64,000 nucleotides of DNA from an uncultured Aliarcobacter sp. (GCA_963664305.2 CAXXLV010000002.1:1632001-1696000), one strand, 5' to 3'; positions 41,770-53,070 are shown, numbered from the stretch's first letter. Notes: generated from the sequence alone by a model not told the origin. Numbers and translations: made by a program.

Positions 41770-42411
41770 ATGAAACAACTAATTTTCCTTATTCTTATTA
41801 TTTCAGCACCATTGTTTGCTTATGAATTTAAATTAAATCAAAAAGATATTAATTATATAAATAACCATCCTAAAAAATCTTTTATCCTAAATAGATTAGA
41901 AAAATTTCAATCATTAAAAAAACAAGTTAAAGATTATGAACTAATAAGAAAATTATCTCATATAAATACATTTATAAATAGAATTTTTCCAGCTCAAGAT
42001 ATTTCTACAGCTTCTTCACTTGATTATTGGGCAACACCTAAAGAATTTTTACTTCAAGGTCATGGTGATTGTGAAGATTATGTAATTGCAAAATATTTTA
42101 CACTTTTAGAACTAGGTATAAAAAAAGAAAATTTATACTTTGCAGTTGTAAATGTAAAAGGACAAAAAGATGCTCATATGGTTTTATTATATGTTGAAGA
42201 TAAAAACTCTTCACCATTGGTTTTAGATAATTTAAGCACAAAGGTTATTCCATTTACAAAAAGACCAAGACTTATCCCAAAATTTGCCTTTAATGAAATA
42301 GATGCTTACCTTTTTACTGCAAATAAATTTACTCAAAAAACAAAAATCAATTGGGGTAAAGACAATAAATGGGAAAAACTTTTAAATAGAGTTTATAATT
42401 TAAATGAGTAG
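41770..42411 (+). CDS. Transglutaminase-like cysteine peptidase (LapG/BTLCP family)
   Basis: Signal peptide; DYWATPKEF...GDCEDYVIAKY...HMVL...LVLDNL. Confidence 0.88.
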   Translation: MKQLIFLILIISAPLFAYEFKLNQKDINYINNHPKKSFILNRLEKFQSLKKQVKDYELIRKLSHINTFINRIFPAQDISTASSLDYWATPKEFLLQGHGDCEDYVIAKYFTLLELGIKKENLYFAVVNVKGQKDAHMVLLYVEDKNSSPLVLDNLSTKVIPFTKRPRLIPKFAFNEIDAYLFTANKFTQKTKINWGKDNKWEKLLNRVYNLNE

Positions 42412-42965
42412 TCTTTTATCTCATCAAAACCTATCATTGCATTCATCAAAGCAATTTTAGAAGCATTTTTTAACATCTCTAAAGAGATATCTTTTTCTAT
42501 TAATCTTTTCTCTTCAATCAATCTAGCTCTTGTTGTACCTTCCAATAAACATTTTTTAGAAGTAATCCAACTATTTTCAAAAAGTATTGCTATATTTGCA
42601 ATAGATGTATCTGTAACTATTCCATTTTTTATGATAATTACCTCATCACATTCTTCTTTTTTTGCAAATAATTCATCTATTTTAGTTCTATCTAAATATT
42701 TTTTTGAATATACTATTTCATCATCAAAGATTATTTTAAAACTATGGATTTCTCTTTTTTTATATGGAAAATATAAAACATCAACTATTCCATCTTTATC
42801 ATAAATAACTTTGCATCTTAGAAGTTCATTTGAGATTGGATAAACATACTCTTGTAAATTTAAATTTAATCCTATCGTGTTTGCTACTCTTTTATTGTGA
42901 TATTCTAAATTAAAAATTTCAGAATCATCACATTTTATAGTTTCAAAATATTTTGTTGTTTTCAT
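42393..42965 (-). CDS. pabC: Aminotransferase class IV / aminodeoxychorismate lyase
   Basis: DTSIANI, LLEGTTRARL, LMNAMIG; downstream of pabB. Confidence 0.75.
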   Translation of the reverse strand: MKTTKYFETIKCDDSEIFNLEYHNKRVANTIGLNLNLQEYVYPISNELLRCKVIYDKDGIVDVLYFPYKKREIHSFKIIFDDEIVYSKKYLDRTKIDELFAKKEECDEVIIIKNGIVTDTSIANIAILFENSWITSKKCLLEGTTRARLIEEKRLIEKDISLEMLKNASKIALMNAMIGFDEIKDYSFKL

Positions 42966-42975
42966 ATTTTTCCTT

Positions 42976-43941
42976 TTAAAATGGCAAATAAATCTTATCT
43001 AAAAGTTCTTCATACTCTAAATTAACATCACTATCACAAGTGATTCCTCCACCACTTTTATAAAACTTTTCACCATTTTTTTCTTCAATAAATCTAATCA
43101 TTACTGAACTATCAAGATTTTTTCCATCAAATACTCCAAAAATTCCTGTATAAAAATCTCTATCATAATCTTCTATATTTTTTAATATTTCAATAGTTTT
43201 CTTTTTTGGTGTTCCAGTTATTGAACCTGCTGGTAAAATTGAAGTGATTATATCTCCAATATTTTCACTCCAATTATCTTCTAAAGATGCAGAAATTTTT
43301 GAGCTAACTTGCAATAACTCTTTATTTCCCGCATTTATTGTATCAATATATCTAAAACTTTCAACTCTCACATTTGAAGCAATAATCCCTAAATCATTTC
43401 TAAGTAAATCAACTACCATGGTATGTTCTGACATCTCTTTTAAATTATTTAGAATCTTTTCTTTAGCATTTGGAATATTGGCATCAATCGTACCTTTCAT
43501 AGGATATGTAAAAATTTTATTTTCTTTGATTTCTACAAATCTCTCAGGAGAAAAACATACAAAATCTTCATCTTGATTTTTAAATCTTAATTTAAATTTA
43601 CTTTTTGTATTTTCAAAAATTTCATCTAAAGATAAATCTATTTTAATTTTTGTTTTTGCAGTTAAATTTAAAAGATAACTATTACCTTTTTTTATCTCTT
43701 CTTGTAAAATATCAAACTTCTTTTTATATTCGTCAAAAGATATAGGAAATTTTTCAAGGTTTGATTTTTTAGAAGTTGTTGGAGATTCTTCTTTTTGATT
43801 TAATTCATATTTAATTGAAGATGGAAGAGAAGATAGCTTTTCTATGTAAAACTTACTTAGGTCGTAAGATATTACAAATAAAAATGGCTCTTTTAAAGAA
43901 CCAAATTTATTTAGTTTTTCTTTTATTAATTCTTTGCTCAA
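42976..43941 (-). CDS. pabB: Aminodeoxychorismate synthase component I
   Basis: FSPERF, PMKGT, EHTMVVDLLRNDL, PAGSITGTPK, SGGGIT. Confidence 0.88.
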   Translation of the reverse strand: MSKELIKEKLNKFGSLKEPFLFVISYDLSKFYIEKLSSLPSSIKYELNQKEESPTTSKKSNLEKFPISFDEYKKKFDILQEEIKKGNSYLLNLTAKTKIKIDLSLDEIFENTKSKFKLRFKNQDEDFVCFSPERFVEIKENKIFTYPMKGTIDANIPNAKEKILNNLKEMSEHTMVVDLLRNDLGIIASNVRVESFRYIDTINAGNKELLQVSSKISASLEDNWSENIGDIITSILPAGSITGTPKKKTIEILKNIEDYDRDFYTGIFGVFDGKNLDSSVMIRFIEEKNGEKFYKSGGGITCDSDVNLEYEELLDKIYLPF

Positions 43942-43944
43942 TTT

Positions 43945-44823
43945 TTACTTTAAAATTAGTTTTTTTAGCACTGCAGCACGAATAGCAACACCATGAGTAA
44001 CTTGTTGTAAAACTTTACATCTTGGGTCTTTTAACATTTCATCACTAATATCTACATTTCTATTTACTGGACCTGGATGTAAAAGTAAAATATCTCTATC
44101 TCCAACTACTTCATTTGTAATACAATAATCTTTTGCGTACTCATTTAATGATTCAAAATATACTTGATTATGTCTTTCAAGTTGAGTTCTTAAACTCATA
44201 ATTACATCTAGTTCATCAATTACATCTGATAGTTTTGTGTAAGTTTTGAAATCAGTTCCTTCATATCTAAAACATTCAGGACTTACAAAACAAACTTCCA
44301 TTCCAAAAGTTGGTAATAATCTTTTATTTGACCCAGCAACTCTTGAAGTTCTTACATCTCCAACAATCGCAACTTTTTTACCTTCTGTTTTTCCATCAAA
44401 ATGCTCATAAATTGTAAATAAATCTAATAAAGCTTGAGTTGGATGTGCATGTTTTCCATCACCTGCGTTTATAATTGGACAATCTACAAATCCCGTTAAA
44501 CTCTCTGGTAATCCACATTCACTGTGTCTAATAATAATTGCGTCAGGTTTCATCGCATTTATATTTGCAACTGTATCAAAAATTGTTTCACCTTTACTTG
44601 TTGAAGACGTACTTACATCTAAAGAAACAACTTCAGCTCCCAATCTTTTAGCTGCAATTTCAAATGAACTTCTTGTTCTTGTAGAATTTTCAAAAAACAG
44701 AGTAACAATAATTTTACCTTTTAAAATTTCATTTGGTTCAAATTTTAAAAACTCTCTTGTATCTTCAAATAAACTAAAAATTTCTTCTTTAGAAAAATCA
44801 GAAGTTCTAATCAAATGCTGCAT
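43945..44823 (-). CDS. pyrB: Aspartate carbamoyltransferase catalytic subunit
   Basis: FFENSTRTRSSF, NAGDGKHAHPTQALLD, HPGPVNR. Confidence 0.97.
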   Translation of the reverse strand: MQHLIRTSDFSKEEIFSLFEDTREFLKFEPNEILKGKIIVTLFFENSTRTRSSFEIAAKRLGAEVVSLDVSTSSTSKGETIFDTVANINAMKPDAIIIRHSECGLPESLTGFVDCPIINAGDGKHAHPTQALLDLFTIYEHFDGKTEGKKVAIVGDVRTSRVAGSNKRLLPTFGMEVCFVSPECFRYEGTDFKTYTKLSDVIDELDVIMSLRTQLERHNQVYFESLNEYAKDYCITNEVVGDRDILLLHPGPVNRNVDISDEMLKDPRCKVLQQVTHGVAIRAAVLKKLILK

Positions 44824-44919
44824 TTTTTTCCTTTAATTTTAGTTTGGATTTTAGCAAAAAGGAGTTTAAAAAATAAAACTTTTTGTATAATTCAAAACTT
44901 TATTTTTTAAGGCTTTTTT

Positions 44920-47250
44920 ATGAAATTACAATTTATTTTTATTTTTTTGTTTACTCTTTTATTCACAGCTTGTTCAGTAAAACCTTTAGAACCTGTAAAT
45001 TTTGAAACTGTAAATAAAGAAATTTCTTTTACAAAAGATATAAAACCAATTTTAGATAACAGATGTGTTTCTTGTCACTCATGTTATAACTCTCCTTGTC
45101 AATTAAAACTCTCTTCTTATGAAGGATTAGAAAGAGGAGGCTCAAAAGCTAATGTTTATGCAAATAGAATGAATGCTGAAGACCCTACAAGACTATTTGT
45201 TGATGCTACAAATGAAAAAGCTTGGAGAGGAAAAGGCTTTTTTTCTATGGTTGATTATTTAGAAAATTCAAATGAATCAATTATGATGCAATATCTTTTT
45301 CAAAAAGACAAAAATCCTTTAAACATAGGAACTTATTCACCTGAAACAGATAAAGTATCATGTGTAAAAGATAAAGAAGAGTTAGCAATATTTTTTGATG
45401 AAAATCCTCATAAAGGAATGCCTTATGGATTTCCAGCACTTAAAAAAGAAGAATACAATCTTTTAATGACTTGGTTAAAGCAAGGAGCAATAGATGATAC
45501 AAAAAAAGATGATTTTAATAATTTTGAAAGAGAACAGATAAAAAAATTTGAAGAATTTTTAAATAACAAAGAGACAAAACATCAAGTAACAGCAAGATAT
45601 ATTTATGAACATCTATTTTTAGCTCATATTACTTTTGATGAAAAAAGTGGCAATTTTTTTGAATTAATTCGTTCAAGAACTCCAAGTGGATATAAACCAA
45701 AAATCATTGCAACAAGATTTCCTTATGATGAAGTAAAAGAACCTTTTTATTATAGATTTAGAAAAATTGAATCAACAATTGTTCATAAAACACATATGGT
45801 TTATGAATTGAATGATAAAAAATTAGCTAGATACAAAGAATTATTTCTTGAACCAAAATGGGAGCAAAAACCATATTTACCCCCTTATGATAGCAAAATT
45901 TCTGCAAATGCTTTAAGAACTTTTGAACAAATACCTGCAAGTAGTAGATATCAATTTTTACTTGATGATATTCATTTTATTATTATGAATTTTATTAGAG
46001 GTCCAGTTTGTAGAGGACAGATTGCATTAAATGTGATAAATGACCATTTTTGGGTAATGTTTTTGGACCCAAAATATGATTTAAGTTTACAAGATAAATA
46101 TTTTTTACATGATAATATTCCAAACTTATCAATTCCAAATGAATATGGAGAAGACCCAAGTTTATTTAAAACATTTAAAGCATTGGATAATTATGAATTA
46201 GCAAAAAAATATGAAACAAATAAAGCCTTAGTATATAAACAATATTATCCAAAAGGTTTAAATCTTGATGCTATTTGGAAAGGAAATAAACAAGAAGAAA
46301 ATGATTCAATTTTAACAATATATAGACATTTTGATTCAGCTTCTGTTCATAAAGGAGCTCTTGGTGATATTCCAAAAACTTTATGGGTAATTGATTTTCC
46401 TTTACTTGAAAGAATTTATTACTCTTTAGTTGCAGGTTTTGATATATTTGGAAATACTGCTCATCAATTACTTGTTAGAACACATATGGATAGACTTAGA
46501 ATTGAGGGAGAGAGTAATTTCTTAGAATTTTTACCAAAGGAATCAAGGCAAGATTATTTTAACTCTTGGTATGAAGGTTGGCTTGCTCAATATTTAGCTG
46601 TTTATGTTCCTTCAAATAATCCTGTTGATATAAAATATAAAACAAAAGATTTCAAAAAAGAGTTTGTAAATAGAGTCTTAGATTATACAAATACAAAAAG
46701 AGATTCTATTAATTTTATAGAAGACAATTATAAAAAAAGTGAAATAAAAAAAGTTTACAATACAAAAGAAGAGATAGAAGAGACATTTAAAACTCTAACT
46801 TTACCAAACAGTTCTGAAATAATAAAACATTTTACAGATGGTGAATCAAATCTAGCTCATATTAGAATAAAAATGAATTCGGGTGAAGACTTTGTTTATA
46901 CACTTGTAATCAATAGATGGCACAAAAATGTAGCTTTACTTTTTGATGAAGAATCAAGACTTGACCCATCAAAAGACAGAATAAATTTTGTAAGAGGACT
47001 AATAGGTTCTTATCCTAATGTTTTTGTGGTTGTAAATCAAAATGATTTAAGTGATTTTTTCAATCTTTTACAAAATTATAAAGATACTCCAAATGATGAT
47101 ATTAGAATTGCAAAATATGCTGTAAATAGAGCTGATTCTAATTTTTGGGAAAATTATGATTGGTTTAATGAGGCGCTTAAAAAACAAGACCCCTTACAAT
47201 CTGGTCTATTTGATTTAAATAGATATTATAGTAAAGCTATAAAACGATAA
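44920..47250 (+). CDS. cti: Fatty acid cis/trans isomerase (heme c lipoprotein)
   Basis: Lipobox LFTAC; RCVSCHSCYNSPCQLKL (CxxCH); YIYEHLFLAH; FIRGPVCRGQIALNVI; RHFDSASV; DLNRY. Confidence 0.88.
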   Translation: MKLQFIFIFLFTLLFTACSVKPLEPVNFETVNKEISFTKDIKPILDNRCVSCHSCYNSPCQLKLSSYEGLERGGSKANVYANRMNAEDPTRLFVDATNEKAWRGKGFFSMVDYLENSNESIMMQYLFQKDKNPLNIGTYSPETDKVSCVKDKEELAIFFDENPHKGMPYGFPALKKEEYNLLMTWLKQGAIDDTKKDDFNNFEREQIKKFEEFLNNKETKHQVTARYIYEHLFLAHITFDEKSGNFFELIRSRTPSGYKPKIIATRFPYDEVKEPFYYRFRKIESTIVHKTHMVYELNDKKLARYKELFLEPKWEQKPYLPPYDSKISANALRTFEQIPASSRYQFLLDDIHFIIMNFIRGPVCRGQIALNVINDHFWVMFLDPKYDLSLQDKYFLHDNIPNLSIPNEYGEDPSLFKTFKALDNYELAKKYETNKALVYKQYYPKGLNLDAIWKGNKQEENDSILTIYRHFDSASVHKGALGDIPKTLWVIDFPLLERIYYSLVAGFDIFGNTAHQLLVRTHMDRLRIEGESNFLEFLPKESRQDYFNSWYEGWLAQYLAVYVPSNNPVDIKYKTKDFKKEFVNRVLDYTNTKRDSINFIEDNYKKSEIKKVYNTKEEIEETFKTLTLPNSSEIIKHFTDGESNLAHIRIKMNSGEDFVYTLVINRWHKNVALLFDEESRLDPSKDRINFVRGLIGSYPNVFVVVNQNDLSDFFNLLQNYKDTPNDDIRIAKYAVNRADSNFWENYDWFNEALKKQDPLQSGLFDLNRYYSKAIKR

Positions 47251-47311
47251 TTATATATATTTTAGATATAATTTTTGCCAAAAATATATCTAATTTTTTT
47301 AGGAAAAATAA

Positions 47312-48511
47312 ATGAATGAACAATTAGAACAAATGGATAAAGAGTATGTACTTCATACTTATGCAAGAAATTATGTAAATTTTAAAAAAGGTATAAATGC
47401 TACTTTATTTGATGAGAATGATAAAGATTATATAGATTTTACTTCTGGAATTGCAGTTTGTAGTGTAGGTCACGGAAATAAAAGAGTTGCTGATAAAATT
47501 TATGAACAAGTTTCAAATATAACTCATATTTCAAATTTATATGCAATTGAACCTCAAGCAAAATTAGCAAAAAGAATAAAAGAGTTAAGTGGTTACGATA
47601 TTAGAACATTTTTCTCAAATAGTGGTGCAGAAGCAAATGAAGGTGCTATTAAAATTGCTAGAAAATATGGTGAAACAAAATTTGAAAATAAAAGATATAA
47701 AGTTATCACTTTAGAGCACTCTTTTCATGGAAGAACAATTACAACTGTAAAAGCGACTGGACAAAGTTCTATGCACACTCCAAACTTTGCTCCATATCCT
47801 GATGGTTTTTCATATCACAATAAAATTGATGATATTTATAACTCTATTGATAATGAAACTGTTGCTGTTATGATTGAACTTGTTCAAGGAGAAGGTGGAG
47901 TTCAACCTTTTGATAAAAAAGAGATTCAAGAGTTAGCGAAATTCTTAAAAGAGAATGATATTTTACTAATTATTGATGAAGTTCAAACAGGAGTATTTAG
48001 AACTGGTGAATTTTTAGCTTCAAATTTATATGAAATTGAACCAGATATTGTTACATTAGCAAAAGGTTTAGGTGGTGGTGTTCCAATTGGTGCAGTATTA
48101 ACTACACATAAAGATATTTTCAATCCTGGTGACCATGGTTCAACTTTTGGAGGAAATTATTTAGTAACAACTGCTGCTTTAGAAGTTTTAGATATTTTAG
48201 AAGAGACTAAAGATAGTGGTGTATTAGATGAAACTATTATATATTTCAATACAAAACTAAATGAAGTATATGAAAAAAACACAGAACTATTTACTGACAA
48301 TGTAGGTCTTGGACTTATGAGAGGATTAAGAGCAAAAGATGCAGATACTTTAGCACTTATCATAAAAACTGCATTTGAATATGGTGTTTTAGTTTTAAAA
48401 GCAGGTAAAAATACTCTAAGACTTCTTCCTGCACTTACTATTTCAAAAGCTGAGATTGACGAAGGTTTCAGAAGGTTAGAAAATGCACTTGATAAAATCA
48501 AGCAAGGTTAA
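47312..48511 (+). CDS. argD: Acetylornithine aminotransferase
   Basis: NSGAEANEGAIK, SFHGRT, VQGEGG, DEVQTG, LAKGLGGG, HGSTFGGN. Confidence 0.9.
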   Translation: MNEQLEQMDKEYVLHTYARNYVNFKKGINATLFDENDKDYIDFTSGIAVCSVGHGNKRVADKIYEQVSNITHISNLYAIEPQAKLAKRIKELSGYDIRTFFSNSGAEANEGAIKIARKYGETKFENKRYKVITLEHSFHGRTITTVKATGQSSMHTPNFAPYPDGFSYHNKIDDIYNSIDNETVAVMIELVQGEGGVQPFDKKEIQELAKFLKENDILLIIDEVQTGVFRTGEFLASNLYEIEPDIVTLAKGLGGGVPIGAVLTTHKDIFNPGDHGSTFGGNYLVTTAALEVLDILEETKDSGVLDETIIYFNTKLNEVYEKNTELFTDNVGLGLMRGLRAKDADTLALIIKTAFEYGVLVLKAGKNTLRLLPALTISKAEIDEGFRRLENALDKIKQG

Positions 48512-49679
48512 ACTACTTCTTTGTAGTTTAATCTCATTAAATCTTTTTGCTTCAAATGACAATTTTGATGAAAAAATAATTTCAGAAAAAAGATTAAAAG
48601 ATATTGAACTTTCACGTGAACAAATAAAAGAAGATAGTTCGAAACTTAGAAAAGATTGGATAAATCCTATTCAATATCAATACACAAAAAATTTAGGTGA
48701 AGATGATGAAACTGAACGTTCAGTGATTTCTATAAATCAACCTATTTTTCAAAGTGGTGGAATTTACAAAGCAATAAAATATGCAGATTCAACTTATGAT
48801 TATGCAGCACTTGAATTGGATAATCAACAAAAAGAATTAGTAAAACAAGCTTTAAATTATTTATACAATATTGAAAAAACAAATTTAAATATTGAAAAAG
48901 CAAAATATACTTTGGAAAATGCAAAAATTGATGTAAATAGAAAAAAAGAACAAGTTTTAAATGGCTTTTTAGATGCTTCTTATTTAGATGATGCTTTACT
49001 TACTTTAAATACTACAAAACATAATTTAGTAGATTTAAAATATCAAAAACAAGAACTTATAAATAACTTCAATAATATTTCATCAGCTGATTACACAAAA
49101 TTCGAACTTCCTATATTTAAACTTTTTAGTGAAAAAGAATTTATTGAAAATAATATAGAACTAAAAAAAGCACAAGCAGATATTGAAAAAAAAGGAAATT
49201 ATTCATATATGACTATGGCAAAATATTTGCCAAGTGTTAATGCATATTATACCTACTCAAAATATCATGATTCAGATAATAATTTTACAAAATATCCAAA
49301 AGATGCAACTCAAAATTTTGGACTTACATTAAATATTCCACTTGATACAAGAACGTTCAATGACATCCAAAGTAAAAGAATTGATTATTTAAAATCAAAA
49401 TTAAATTTTGAGAATAGCATAGATGATGAAAAAACTTTTTTCAAAACAAAACTTGAAAAGATTTCAATGCTTGATGAAAGACTACAAATTACAAGGGAAG
49501 ATTTAGAAGTTTATGATTCTATTTTAAAAATCATAAATGAAGAAAAACAAGCTCAGATAAAAACTCAAAGTGATGTCGACACTTTACAAAATTCACAAAA
49601 AATCAAATCTTTAGATTTAAAAATCTATGAAATTGATAGACAACTTGAACTTTTAGAGTTGTATGCAAAACTTCATTAG
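48483..49679 (+). CDS. TolC-family outer membrane protein
   Basis: Signal peptide, ISINQPIFQSGG, KYLPSV, GLTLNIPLD and long helical segments. Confidence 0.75.
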   Translation: MHLIKSSKVKLLLCSLISLNLFASNDNFDEKIISEKRLKDIELSREQIKEDSSKLRKDWINPIQYQYTKNLGEDDETERSVISINQPIFQSGGIYKAIKYADSTYDYAALELDNQQKELVKQALNYLYNIEKTNLNIEKAKYTLENAKIDVNRKKEQVLNGFLDASYLDDALLTLNTTKHNLVDLKYQKQELINNFNNISSADYTKFELPIFKLFSEKEFIENNIELKKAQADIEKKGNYSYMTMAKYLPSVNAYYTYSKYHDSDNNFTKYPKDATQNFGLTLNIPLDTRTFNDIQSKRIDYLKSKLNFENSIDDEKTFFKTKLEKISMLDERLQITREDLEVYDSILKIINEEKQAQIKTQSDVDTLQNSQKIKSLDLKIYEIDRQLELLELYAKLH

Positions 49680-49698
49680 AAGTTTTGCAAATATTCAA

Positions 49699-51165
49699 CT
49701 ATTTAGATTTTTTCTCTTTTTCTTTAGTTTCTTTAAAATTTAAATAATATTCCATTTCTGATGGAGTTAAGATTTTAATAGTATTTGTACTTCCTGGCAT
49801 TCCAACTGGATAACCAACTGTTGCTACATATAAACCTTTTTTATTTAATAAACCTTTTTCATCTAAAGCTTTTAACATTTTTTGAAACATTTTAGAAGCT
49901 TGTGCCTCTTTGATTGTTCCAACTGGTTCAACTCCCCAAATAGCAGTTAGAGAATTTAATATTTTTTTCTTATGTGTAAATGTAAATATAGGAGTTTTAG
50001 GTCTATATCTTGACATTTTTGTAGCAGATTTTCCTGAACTTGTTAATGCTAAAATACCATCAGCTTTTAAATCATCTGCAAGTTTTGTAACTGTTGCTTG
50101 AATAACATCAAATTCATCTAAATATGGGAATTTATATTGTTTATCATAATTATAAATACCTTCTGTTTTAGCAATAATATTATGCATTGTATCAACTACG
50201 TTTACTGGGTCTTCTCCAACTGCACTCTCTTCACTAAGCATTACAACATCTGTCCCATCTAAAACAGCATTTGCAACGTCTGAAATTTCAGCTCTAGTTG
50301 CTCTTTCATTTTGAGTCATTGATAAAAGCATTTGAGTTGCAGTAATTACTGGAATTCCTTTTAAATTTGCTTTTTTGATAAGCATTTTTTGAATAGTAGG
50401 AACATCATAATATGGAACTTCAATTCCTAAATCTCCCCTAGCAACCATTAATCCATCACTAGCTTCAATAATTTCATCAATATTTTCAACAGCATCAAAT
50501 TTTTCAATTTTTGCTATTAATTTCCCTTTGTAACCATTTAAAAGATTTCTAGCTTTTCTCATATCTCTTGCATTTTGAACAAATGAAATAGCAAAATAAT
50601 CTACTTCATTTTCAACACCCCAAGCGATATCTTTTTCATCTTTTTTTGTAATTACATCAATATCAATTACTGTATTTGGAAAATTCACACCTTTTCTTGA
50701 AGATAAAGTTCCATGATTTTCAATTTTTGCTTTTACTTCTTTTCCTGTTTCAATAACTTTTGCTCTAATTGTTCCATCATATAAATAGATATATTCATCA
50801 ATTTTCACTTTATCTAAAATATCTGGATAATTAATTGATACAACATACTCTTTATCAGCTTTTTTATATCCAACTATTTCATCTTTTAAAAAAGTTATAA
50901 CATCATCTCTATAAAGTGAAAAAGGCTCTTTTAAATCCCCTATTCTTACTTTTGGTCCTGAAATATCTTGTAAAATACCTACTGTTTTCCCTGTATTTTT
51001 CATTGCTGTTCTAATATTATTTAATGTTTCTAAATGATATTCATGACTTCCATGTGAGAAATTTAATCTAAACATGTTTGCACCAGCTTTAATCAATCCT
51101 TCAATCATTTCTATACTATGGCTTGCTGGGCCTAAAGTTGCTAATATTTTTGTTCTTTTTTCCAT
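49699..51165 (-). CDS. pyk: Pyruvate kinase
   Basis: TKILATLGPAS, RLNFSHG, MVARGDLG, ATQML, MLSEESA. Confidence 0.97.
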   Translation of the reverse strand: MEKRTKILATLGPASHSIEMIEGLIKAGANMFRLNFSHGSHEYHLETLNNIRTAMKNTGKTVGILQDISGPKVRIGDLKEPFSLYRDDVITFLKDEIVGYKKADKEYVVSINYPDILDKVKIDEYIYLYDGTIRAKVIETGKEVKAKIENHGTLSSRKGVNFPNTVIDIDVITKKDEKDIAWGVENEVDYFAISFVQNARDMRKARNLLNGYKGKLIAKIEKFDAVENIDEIIEASDGLMVARGDLGIEVPYYDVPTIQKMLIKKANLKGIPVITATQMLLSMTQNERATRAEISDVANAVLDGTDVVMLSEESAVGEDPVNVVDTMHNIIAKTEGIYNYDKQYKFPYLDEFDVIQATVTKLADDLKADGILALTSSGKSATKMSRYRPKTPIFTFTHKKKILNSLTAIWGVEPVGTIKEAQASKMFQKMLKALDEKGLLNKKGLYVATVGYPVGMPGSTNTIKILTPSEMEYYLNFKETKEKEKKSK

Positions 51166-51293
51166 AGATTCTCCTTTTAAACTTATGAAAATTATAACAT
51201 AAAATAATTACAATAAAGTAACGAATCTGTTTCACTATTTTTACATGATTAATATGTTAAAATCAGCTATCAATTAAATTAAAAAGGTTTATT

Positions 51294-52019
51294 ATGAAAT
51301 TTATTAATATTAAAACTTTATTATCAGGTGCAGTAATTGCTAGTTTACTAACTGGTTGTGCACAAAAAACTGGAAATGAAACTTATGATAATAATCAAAA
51401 TGCGATTATAGGAACAACTATTGGAGCAATTGCTGGTATTGTTTTAGGAAATAATATTGGTGGTGGTAACAAAGGAAGAAATAAAGTAATTGGTGCAGTT
51501 GCTGGTGCAGCTATTGGTGGAGCTATTGGATATAGTATGGATAAACAAGCTCAAGAAGTTGCTCAAAGTTTAAATACTAATGTAAATAATAATCCAAATG
51601 CCGTTTTAGACCCAAATCAAGATTTAATCGTTTCAAATACTGACAACTACGTAAAAGTTATGTTCAGAGATGATATGATGTTTGAAACAAACTCTGCAAA
51701 TCCAACTTACAGTGCTCAAACAAAGATTGCTAAAATAACTTCTGTTTTAGATAAATATCCAAATACTTTAGTTCAAGTTGTTGGTCATACAGATAGTAGG
51801 GGTTCACATGCATATAACCAAACATTATCTGACCAAAGAGCTTCAAATGTTGGAAATATTATTTATAATTCAGGTGTAAAAAATCAAATCTTCTCAAGAG
51901 GTTGTTCTTTTGATAAACCAGTTGCATTAAACAATAGTGATGCAAATATGGCTCTAAATAGAAGAGTTGAAGTTTATTTATATCCAAATCAACAATCTGT
52001 AATTGATGTTTGTAAATAA
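51294..52019 (+). CDS. OmpA-family lipoprotein with a glycine zipper
   Basis: Lipobox LTGC, GAIAG repeats, GHTDSRG, NRRVEV. Confidence 0.9.
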   Translation: MKFINIKTLLSGAVIASLLTGCAQKTGNETYDNNQNAIIGTTIGAIAGIVLGNNIGGGNKGRNKVIGAVAGAAIGGAIGYSMDKQAQEVAQSLNTNVNNNPNAVLDPNQDLIVSNTDNYVKVMFRDDMMFETNSANPTYSAQTKIAKITSVLDKYPNTLVQVVGHTDSRGSHAYNQTLSDQRASNVGNIIYNSGVKNQIFSRGCSFDKPVALNNSDANMALNRRVEVYLYPNQQSVIDVCK

Positions 52020-52048
52020 AAGGTAAAACCTTTTATTTACACCTTTTT
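52011..52048 (+). terminator. Hairpin/terminator after the OmpA-family gene
   Basis: tgtaaataaaaggt-aaa-accttttatttaca 14-bp stem followed by a T tract. Confidence 0.55.
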
Positions 52049-52062
52049 TGATACAATCATAT

Positions 52063-53070
52063 ATGATTAAATTTAGTACATATTTTAATGATTGGCTTTA
52101 TGGCGAAAATGGATATTATTCAAACTACAAAGAGATAGGAAAAGATGGTGATTTTTTCACTTCCGTCTCAACTTCTTCTTTTTTTGGTGGTACAATTGCA
52201 AAAAAAATCATTAGCTCAATTGAAGATGGATTTCTACCAAAAAATACAACAATTTTAGAAATTGGTGCTCATCATGGATATTTACTTGCAGATATAATTC
52301 AATTTATATATACATTAAAACCCAAACTTCTTGATACTCTAAATTTTGCAATAGTTGAAAGATTTGAAAATCTTCAAAATCAACAAAAAAAATATTTACA
52401 AGAATCTTTTGGAAATATTATCAAACTAAAACATTTTAATGATATTTCTGAAGTTAAACTTGAAAATGCCTATATTATTGCAAATGAAATTTTCGACGCT
52501 TTTTCTTGTGATTTAGTTTATACAAATAATAAAAATATTTTACAAATTGCAATGGTAGAAAATCACAAAATAGAGTTTATTGATTGTGTTGATGAAGAAA
52601 TTTTAAGTCATTGTAAAAAATACTCTATCACAAAAGGTGAAGTTGCTTTATCTTACAAAGATTTCGTAAATACAATTTGTAAAAATATAACTCATTTTGA
52701 ATTTTTAACTTTTGATTATGGTGACAGATTTCCAAGAAATGATTTTAGTACAAGAGTTTATGAAAAACATGCTGTTTATCCAATTTTTGAAGAAAATTTA
52801 GATTTAGAGAAACTCTATAAAAATTCAGATATTACTTATGATGTTCACTTTAATTATTTAAGTGATTGTTTTAAAGAAAATGGAATAAAAGATATAGTTT
52901 TTAATACTCAATTAAAGTCTTTAGTTGAATTTGGAATTTTAGAATTATTAGAAATTTTAAAAGCAAATGTAAACGAAAATAGTTATTTAAAAGAGATTCA
53001 AAAAGTAAAAATTTTACTAGAACCAACTGGAATGGGTGATAGATTTAAAACATTGAATATCAGAAAATAA
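52063..53070 (+). CDS. SAM-dependent methyltransferase (MidA/NDUFAF7 family)
   Basis: GYY...IGKDGDFFTS, EIGAHHGYL, ANEIFDAF, FDYG, DITYDVHF, MGDRFK. Confidence 0.85.
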   Translation: MIKFSTYFNDWLYGENGYYSNYKEIGKDGDFFTSVSTSSFFGGTIAKKIISSIEDGFLPKNTTILEIGAHHGYLLADIIQFIYTLKPKLLDTLNFAIVERFENLQNQQKKYLQESFGNIIKLKHFNDISEVKLENAYIIANEIFDAFSCDLVYTNNKNILQIAMVENHKIEFIDCVDEEILSHCKKYSITKGEVALSYKDFVNTICKNITHFEFLTFDYGDRFPRNDFSTRVYEKHAVYPIFEENLDLEKLYKNSDITYDVHFNYLSDCFKENGIKDIVFNTQLKSLVEFGILELLEILKANVNENSYLKEIQKVKILLEPTGMGDRFKTLNIRK

